This document shows positions 56,903 to 64,000 of a DNA stretch of 64,000 nucleotides, piece after piece. The stretch covers positions 1-64,000 of the forward strand of contig CAYFHS010000013.1 of the NCBI GenBank assembly GCA_964342815.1. Direction: 5' to 3'. The position numbers and the translations under genes were made by a program. The notes under the pieces were generated by a model, which made no database searches, was not told where the DNA came from, and saw only the letters and a list, made by a program, of their open reading frames with translations. Each line of letters opens with the position of its first letter. Positions within the stretch are counted from its first letter, which is position 1. Source of the DNA: an uncultured archaeon (lineage in GTDB: Archaea; Thermoplasmatota; Penumbrarchaeia; JASLWR01).

Positions 56903-58847
56903 GAAGGGGGGATACAGAGCCTGGAAGGGTAAATCCAGGGGACTCGTATACCGAATATTTTCCATAGCAAACTGCGAGCTGCGGTATCGGCTGAAAAGAC
57001 CGGCAATCATAGTGGTTCTGGCCATACTTGGGCTCTATACCCTGATAACCGGACTGGTGCCGGTTCTCGGCAGCATCTTTGGCGGAGAGAATATGTTTGT
57101 TTACGACCCCAATGTCGATTTCAACCAATATCAGGTGCCCGATGTTGTAATGAGCGGGGTGACCATCTCAAACACCAGTGATACACTAAAGCAAATCGAT
57201 GCCGGCCTTGAACTCTTCGACCTTGGGATTGAGCCCGGGCAAACGGCAGTTTACCAGCTGGAGATCACCAACGCGGGGACTCGTTCGGGTACGTTTAACG
57301 TAATGCTCGAAGGATATTCGGGCAGCAGTTCTTGGGATGTGCGACTAATAGAAGGGAGCATTTCATTTGACACGCGAAGTTATACCCAACCGGATGCGGA
57401 AGTTTATGAAAATGACTCTCGAACCAGACAATTCGATGAAAAAAGACCGGGCTCCGAAAGCAACCGGGACATATCCGATAACCAAAATTTCGGTACCCTT
57501 ACGTTGGACCTGGAGGCCGGTTCATCGAATACCGTATCTGTAAAAGTATACCTCAGCGAAAACAACATTGGCTTCGACACACTGGCTCTATCGATATCGG
57601 TTGAAAACATCATCGATTGGAACGATTATGATGTGGCCTCACCCACCTATTACCGGACGAAACTCAGATTCGATCTATTCACCAATATTACATGGCCTGC
57701 GTCATCCGAGAAACCATTCATGGAAATGAAATTGACCGGGCTCAAGGACTCCTCTGGGAAATGGTCCCAGGACCGAATAAATCAGCTCTACGATAAACCT
57801 CCGAAGGTGAAATGGGAGGATACTTTAGAATTTACGTTCAGCATTAAGAATACGGATGACGAGACCATTTACGTAAAACGCCTGCTGGACCCGGATTCAA
57901 ATAATTATGATTACTACTATGAAGATGATTTCGGCGATCCATTCAGGTCCGGCGGAAATTCCAACCAAGAGGAGACAAAGGAAATAAAGAGCGGCGGGAC
58001 CGAAGCTTTTACCGTGTATGTAACTCCTTATATCGGGAAAAAACCCGGCAACGGTTATCACCAACTTATCTTCGTTGCCAGCGATATAAATGGTATCTTT
58101 GACGAGGATATCATGCAATCGTATCAGGAACGCGGAGGCGGGGGGAAGAACCTGAGCTTTTCGTCTGTTCCCTACATTGTTAAAAGTTACCATCTTCCGG
58201 TGCAGGATGATACCGCAGAATACTTCTTCAACACCTTCTACACAGGCGGGATCAACATTTGGGTCATATTAATCGCCGTGCTCGGAGGATCAGGTTTGAT
58301 CGCTGACGACAGGGCCAACAAGACCCTGCCCCTGTACTACTCGAAAGCAATACCCAAATATGGTTATCTCGCAGGCAAGTTCCTGGGTTTGGCCTCGTTG
58401 ATCGCTCTGGTGACTATTGTCTGGAACAACCTGTGGTTCACCGCCATCATGTTAATGGGAGGGTTCAGCTGGCAGTTCTTCACCTCGCACATGTGGATAA
58501 TGGGAGCTTTTACCCTGTACGGCCTTATCATCACTTTCTTCATGTCGGCGCTTGTCCTGGGAGCCTCCTCTCTTGCAAAGAACCGTTATATCGTGGGCGC
58601 ATCGGTATTTGCATTGTTTCTCATAAGCGCTTTAATGGGTACGCTCATCTCGGTGGTAACAAGGGAGGATAACTATCTCATGTTATCGCCCTCTGCAGAT
58701 TTTATTTTTGTCGGATATGCTCTGTTCGATCTTGGAGCCACCCCGGTAGACTGGGTACACGCCCTGATGGCTCTCGCCGGGATTTTTGTCGTCTTTATTG
58801 GAGTTCTATACTGGCAGCTCGTACAAAGGGAGGTGAGCACCGAATGA
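56892..58847 (+). CDS. ABC-2-type permease with large extracellular Ig-like insertion
   Basis: One N-terminal TM, ~350-aa soluble loop (YQLEITNAG, FSIKNT), then IADDRANKTLPLYYSKAI and several TMs; GTG start 56892 overlapping upstream stop. Confidence 0.85.
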   Translation: MPIEKGGYRAWKGKSRGLVYRIFSIANCELRYRLKRPAIIVVLAILGLYTLITGLVPVLGSIFGGENMFVYDPNVDFNQYQVPDVVMSGVTISNTSDTLKQIDAGLELFDLGIEPGQTAVYQLEITNAGTRSGTFNVMLEGYSGSSSWDVRLIEGSISFDTRSYTQPDAEVYENDSRTRQFDEKRPGSESNRDISDNQNFGTLTLDLEAGSSNTVSVKVYLSENNIGFDTLALSISVENIIDWNDYDVASPTYYRTKLRFDLFTNITWPASSEKPFMEMKLTGLKDSSGKWSQDRINQLYDKPPKVKWEDTLEFTFSIKNTDDETIYVKRLLDPDSNNYDYYYEDDFGDPFRSGGNSNQEETKEIKSGGTEAFTVYVTPYIGKKPGNGYHQLIFVASDINGIFDEDIMQSYQERGGGGKNLSFSSVPYIVKSYHLPVQDDTAEYFFNTFYTGGINIWVILIAVLGGSGLIADDRANKTLPLYYSKAIPKYGYLAGKFLGLASLIALVTIVWNNLWFTAIMLMGGFSWQFFTSHMWIMGAFTLYGLIITFFMSALVLGASSLAKNRYIVGASVFALFLISALMGTLISVVTREDNYLMLSPSADFIFVGYALFDLGATPVDWVHALMALAGIFVVFIGVLYWQLVQREVSTE

Positions 58848-59824
58848 AACGGGGCAGCGCCAGTACTACGGATAAAGAGAAACTGCAGGAGGGCATCTTT
58901 CTCAACAACGTATCGAAATGGTACGGTCAGGTTATGGGTCTCATCGACGTGACGGCATTCATAGGTAAGGGAGTGACCGGCCTTCTGGGCCCAAACGGCG
59001 CGGGAAAGAGCACTCTAATCAAGCTCGTAACCGGTCAGATACGTCCAAACAAGGGAACCATCACAGCCTTTGGAATGCCGGTATGGAACAATCCACAGTA
59101 TTACCGAATGGTGGGTTACTGCCCGGAATTCGAGAACATGTACGAATGGCTTACCGGCCTCGATTTCGTAACGTACATGGTGAGATTGAACGGTTACGGA
59201 AAGAGCGAGGGGGAGAAACTTGCACGGCAGGCAATAGAGACCGTGGGAATGAAAAAGGAGTCGGGTCGTAAGATAGCCACGTACAGCAAGGGAATGCGGC
59301 AGAGGATCAAACTGGCCCAGGCCATAGCTCACAAACCGAAGATACTCTTTCTGGATGAGCCCTTGGCAGGGACCGACCCGGTAGGCAGGGTGGAGATAAT
59401 CAATCTGATCAGGCAGCTTGGAGACAAAAAAAGCGGTATTTCGGTGGTGGTTTCCAGTCATATCTTACACGAGATCGAGCGTATGACGAAACGGGTTTTA
59501 ATGGTACACAAGGGGCGGCTGCTCGCCTGGGGGGATATGAACGAGATCCGGGACAAGCTGGATCGCTTCCCACACACACTCTCCATCAGCTCCGCCGAGG
59601 ATCGGAGACTGGCAAGGCACCTTATCAATATGCCCGAGGTCAGTTCCGTCAAGGTGGATGATAAAGAATCCGTATTGAGAGTTAAGATATTGAAGCCGGA
59701 TAATTTTTACTCGAAACTACCGAAAATCCTTGTGAAGGAGAAGATATCAATCGACCAGCTAGGCAGCCTCGACGAGGACCTGGAATCAATCTTTGCATAT
59801 CTTACGGGAGGTGTTGGAAAATGA
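58844..59824 (+). CDS. ABC transporter ATP-binding subunit
   Basis: GPNGAGKS, YSKGMRQR, FLDEP, SSH. Confidence 0.95.
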   Translation: MKRGSASTTDKEKLQEGIFLNNVSKWYGQVMGLIDVTAFIGKGVTGLLGPNGAGKSTLIKLVTGQIRPNKGTITAFGMPVWNNPQYYRMVGYCPEFENMYEWLTGLDFVTYMVRLNGYGKSEGEKLARQAIETVGMKKESGRKIATYSKGMRQRIKLAQAIAHKPKILFLDEPLAGTDPVGRVEIINLIRQLGDKKSGISVVVSSHILHEIERMTKRVLMVHKGRLLAWGDMNEIRDKLDRFPHTLSISSAEDRRLARHLINMPEVSSVKVDDKESVLRVKILKPDNFYSKLPKILVKEKISIDQLGSLDEDLESIFAYLTGGVGK

Positions 59825-60591
59825 ACGGTGAGAATCGTGGAAGTTCCGGCTCGATCCTACCGGTGATCGTGTCTACCACCTTTCGGCAGCTTCTTTTCCG
59901 AAAGCAGATATTTTTGCTGATATTTTTCATGCTTCTTCCAGTGGTTGTGGCTCTGGTATGGCTTGGGAACGTGGAAGATCCCGAACCCATGGTTTTTTTC
60001 TCCGAGCTCTACAACAACCTGTACCTTCACATCCTCCTTCTTCTGGTATCGTTGATACTGAGCGTAAATATATTCAATTCGGAGTTCAAGGACCGCACAA
60101 TGGCCTATCTCTTCACCCGGCCGGTTCCCAGATGGAATATATATGTCGGGAAATTCATTGCCGTCCTGCTGGTTCAGTTCGTGGTTGTTCTGCCCTCGGT
60201 GCTTATTACGTTCTGGATAATATTTGCAAAAGGGGGGCCCGCAGGTTACTGGGATGACCTGGGCGGATTTCTAGTAGTTTCCATGATGGCTATTTTAGTA
60301 TACTCCTCCTTCTTTGTCATGCTGGGCATCAAGCTCAAGTATCCGCTTCTGATAGGGCTTTTCGTGGCTTTCATATGGGAGATAGTGATCTCGGCCCGCA
60401 GTACCACAATAGCAAAATTGACGGCAATGTATCACCTACAGTCCATAGCACATGGGGTGACCGACGAAGGGTATTTCGCGTACTTGCTCAATTATGGCGA
60501 AACGGGATCCGCCTTTATTGTGTTATACTGTATTACCGGAGTGATGGCTGGAATTTCCATTTATTTTCTGTACACGAAAGAATTGGAATAA
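59821..60591 (+). CDS. ABC-2-type permease
   Basis: Six TM helices; SEFKDRTMAYLFTRPV. Confidence 0.88.
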   Translation: MNGENRGSSGSILPVIVSTTFRQLLFRKQIFLLIFFMLLPVVVALVWLGNVEDPEPMVFFSELYNNLYLHILLLLVSLILSVNIFNSEFKDRTMAYLFTRPVPRWNIYVGKFIAVLLVQFVVVLPSVLITFWIIFAKGGPAGYWDDLGGFLVVSMMAILVYSSFFVMLGIKLKYPLLIGLFVAFIWEIVISARSTTIAKLTAMYHLQSIAHGVTDEGYFAYLLNYGETGSAFIVLYCITGVMAGISIYFLYTKELE

Positions 60592-60603
60592 TTTTAGATT
60601 AAA

Positions 60604-60728
60604 ACTAAAGAGGGCCTGCGACGTAAGAAACGCAGGCCCGACCGCAAATTAAAAAGAAAAATGGGATACTGCGTAATATGAATTGAGGCCCGGCGGCCTC
60701 AAAGTGTTCGAAATCCTAAGCAAGCACT
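60604..60728 (+). repeat. 3'-intergenic structured repeat, copy C
   Basis: ACTAAAGAGGGCC, stem GGGCCTGCG/CGCAGGCCC, A-rich spacer, TGAGGCC/GGCCTCA; ~12 nt after permease stop. Confidence 0.7.
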
Positions 60729-60755
60729 ATACCCGACACCTGCGCTATTCCAGCA

Positions 60756-62321
60756 TTATCCTTTTATTTCATCCCGGATATAAACAAACATCTTTTTTGG
60801 ATTGAAAACGTCAAGAAAATATCTAAGATCGTTTTTTGTAATCTCCCGAATTATATACAATATTAAAAAGTGCGCGGCCAGGCCAACAAGAAAATAAATT
60901 GGAACCGCAAATAAATATCCAAATTCAGATATCACAGGGGAGATCCATGACAAAACTGCGTCTATTGCCTCCGGTAAAACTCTCAATGGGAATATCAGAT
61001 TTAGAATTAAAAAGAAAACGGCCAATATTGTTCCTGACAATACAAACCGGATCATTCGCCAGTTTGGTTTTGTCCTTGTAACAATATATTTCCTCACAAT
61101 AAATCGAACGAGTATAAAAATGGCTACAGACGAGATCAATGTGGCCGCTGCTGCGCCAGTACCTTTCATACCCGGCAAATTAATTCCAAATAACGAATTG
61201 GGTATTAATAGTACCAAAAAAAGTCCGTTTAAAATGCCTTGAATAATTCCAACAAAAGCATAGATCCATGGCCGATCAGTACCCAGTATTTGAGATATAT
61301 AGGGTACGTTCAAAGCAGTGAACAGGGCCGATATAGCCATAATTCTTATCATGGGAACCGCTGGATGAAAAGAGTCACTTAGAAAGATGATTACAAGGTC
61401 TTTTGGGAATAGTATGAGAATGACAATGGCGGGTAATAAAAAGAGGGCGATGTATTTTTCTGCCTTGTAGGTGTACTCAGAGATACGAGAGTATAATTTT
61501 TCGGAATGAAATTTAGAGAATGTTGGAAATAATAATATTCCCACCACGAAAATTAAATTCGTAGATGAAATCATTCTCCAGGCGGCAAAATAATTACCAA
61601 CATCTTCTGGAGACCAGAAAAATCCAATAATTACCCGATTAATACTTACGGATGCCGCTAATCCCACAATAGTTGCAATAAAAAGTGGAATAGCAAATCG
61701 AATATAGCTCTTCATGAGAGGCCACGAAGGTCTTTTGATCCTGTATCCTTTGAACATGAGCAGGTAGAAAATAGTTTGAAACAAAATACTGAAGAGATAG
61801 GTCCCCGCTAGTCCGTATATCCCAAGTTGATTAATTACTACAAATACCACCGCACCCATCCTGACCACATTGAAAATCAGTTTCCCGATCTCGATCTTGG
61901 CGATCTCCAATCTTGCTTCGAAGGTGCTGATGAAAATGTCATTCAAATTTTCCAATATCAGAAATATGATTAGGAAGTATATGACATTGCGATGTTCAGG
62001 AGATTCAAAACCACTTCCAAATACTAATAATGTTATGAAAAGAAAAATCAAGGATATTACAGTCAACAATATCTTTCCAGCAATATAAGTTCCAATGCAT
62101 TTCCCCAGATCTTTTCCCTCGGAAATTCGTTTAATATGAGCACTTTTTAAAAGTTTGGTAATTCCAAGCCACATGCCAATAAATGCTAAGCTAAATGCCA
62201 CTATACCATATGAAAAATCGGCATCATCCAGGCCTCTCACGATATAGAAAATCATCAGAGAAGATAGAACTCCGATGATAATTGCATTCAATACCATTAA
62301 TAGCATCTTTCGTCCTATCAA
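60756..62321 (-). CDS. Oligosaccharide flippase (Wzx/RfbX, MOP superfamily)
   Basis: ~14 TM helices; INRVIIGFFWSPEDVGNYFAAW; start uncertain (62321 TTG or next ATG). Confidence 0.85.
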   Translation of the reverse strand: MIGRKMLLMVLNAIIIGVLSSLMIFYIVRGLDDADFSYGIVAFSLAFIGMWLGITKLLKSAHIKRISEGKDLGKCIGTYIAGKILLTVISLIFLFITLLVFGSGFESPEHRNVIYFLIIFLILENLNDIFISTFEARLEIAKIEIGKLIFNVVRMGAVVFVVINQLGIYGLAGTYLFSILFQTIFYLLMFKGYRIKRPSWPLMKSYIRFAIPLFIATIVGLAASVSINRVIIGFFWSPEDVGNYFAAWRMISSTNLIFVVGILLFPTFSKFHSEKLYSRISEYTYKAEKYIALFLLPAIVILILFPKDLVIIFLSDSFHPAVPMIRIMAISALFTALNVPYISQILGTDRPWIYAFVGIIQGILNGLFLVLLIPNSLFGINLPGMKGTGAAAATLISSVAIFILVRFIVRKYIVTRTKPNWRMIRFVLSGTILAVFFLILNLIFPLRVLPEAIDAVLSWISPVISEFGYLFAVPIYFLVGLAAHFLILYIIREITKNDLRYFLDVFNPKKMFVYIRDEIKG

Positions 62322-62490
62322 GTATTCACCGTCGTGGATTTGCTATGAAACCTGTTATGGATTTACACAATATCAAACTTTCGAAGGATTTACTATAAAT
62401 CATATTTTTACAAAATAATTGTATTAAACTGAAGGCATTACTCCGTAAAATATAACCGTGTGTACGTTCATCGAGATTTTAGGTAGAAAA

Positions 62491-62727
62491 ATGGCTGTTA
62501 AAACCATCACTATCGATATGAAAGCCTACGATCTGCTTGTGAGCCTGATGGACGAGGGAGATTCCTTCAGCAATGTAATCAAGAAGCACTACAACCGTCC
62601 ACGATCCATGGAGGCGTTCGAGCGGGCGCTAGAGAAAAATATACTGTCTGGGGATTGTATAGGATATATCGAGGGCATATCCGAAAAACTCCGTGCAGGA
62701 AGGCCTAGTTTTGAGAAAATTCCGTGA
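62491..62727 (+). CDS. Archaeal VapB-type (DUF217-like) antitoxin, no adjacent toxin
   Basis: MAVKTITIDMKAYDLLVSLMDEGDSFSNVIKK pattern. Confidence 0.75.
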   Translation: MAVKTITIDMKAYDLLVSLMDEGDSFSNVIKKHYNRPRSMEAFERALEKNILSGDCIGYIEGISEKLRAGRPSFEKIP

Positions 62728-62772
62728 ACGAGATTGGAAACTTATTGAGATACCATTTAGAACAATAAAAAA

Positions 62773-62823
62773 GGGTCTCGGTGTGCCTCACGACACACCA
62801 AACGACCATGGGCCTCGAATAGT
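62773..62823 (-). repeat. Divergent/short copy of the 3' structured repeat after ribH
   Basis: Minus strand ACTATTCGAGGCCC then GGTC..GGTGTG/CACACC..GACC stems; ~15 nt after the ribH stop. Confidence 0.45.
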
Positions 62824-62838
62824 TTTTCGAATATTAAA

Positions 62839-63249
62839 TCACAGCTTTCCCAGGTTCTTGTGAAGTTTAACAACAGCTTCAACTGCCGATTTAGCCCTAT
62901 CGATCCTCTCCTCCGCTTGAAGCCTGCTCATTCCCGGACCGGTTATACCAAGACCCACCGGCTTGTTCATATCAAGCGACAGGTCGATAAGCTTCCGGGA
63001 CGCGTGTCCCATAACCACCTCGTCATGACCGGTTTCTCCCTCGAGCACGGCTCCAAGTGCCACCACGCCGTCAATGTCCTTCAAACTCAGTAGCTTCTTA
63101 GCTGCAAGGGGTATGTCGTAACAACCGGGTACGGTAACAAGTTCGGTCACCTCGGCCCCCAAGAATTCCGCATGCGCCTTGGCCCTTTCCACCATCATGG
63201 ATGTTATCTCATAGTGGAACTCTGCCACAACTATTCCTATTTTCATCAT
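62839..63249 (-). CDS. ribH: 6,7-dimethyl-8-ribityllumazine synthase
   Basis: KIGIVVAEFHYEIT, VPGCYDIPL, LGAVLEGETGHD, PVGLGITGP; ATG 63249 after GGAGG. Confidence 0.95.
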   Translation of the reverse strand: MMKIGIVVAEFHYEITSMMVERAKAHAEFLGAEVTELVTVPGCYDIPLAAKKLLSLKDIDGVVALGAVLEGETGHDEVVMGHASRKLIDLSLDMNKPVGLGITGPGMSRLQAEERIDRAKSAVEAVVKLHKNLGKL

Positions 63250-63283
63250 TCTGCCTCCATTTTTTTGGTCGAATCGTAAATTA

Positions 63284-64000
<717 letters not shown>

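Overview
Archaeal DNA, most likely an uncultured Thermoplasmatota-like organism (inference). Support: a tRNA-Ala(GGC) with a bulge-helix-bulge intron, a ribL-ribC-ribH cluster with archaeal-type riboflavin synthase, DUF4143 AAA ATPases and many PKD/NosD surface proteins. Contents in order: the 3' end of acs; an AAA ATPase and HTH/AbrB pair; a NuoE/NuoF/FdhF (HydABC-type) formate dehydrogenase operon; a 26 kb co-oriented surface/glycan block (NosD-PKD protein, WbpB-like dehydrogenase, GH18, two GHL10 paralogues, processive GT2, TPR membrane protein, CE4 deacetylase, WbpD/WbpE-like genes, K+ channel); a second AAA ATPase and NosD-PKD protein; an M20 peptidase; an AT-rich island ending at tRNA-Ala with a 3'-end duplication; an ABC exporter; a flippase; and riboflavin genes. 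The standout is an intron-less ~2,090-aa single-chain acetyl-CoA carboxylase of the eukaryotic architecture (BC-BT-BCCP-central domain-CT) at 40565-46828, embedded among archaeal genes and followed by a copy of a hairpin repeat found after other genes in this window. Second is a candidate archaeal poly-GlcNAc-like exopolysaccharide synthesis/remodelling locus. No database searches were run: family calls rest on motif recognition, and comparisons to yeast Acc1 are from memory and need alignment.
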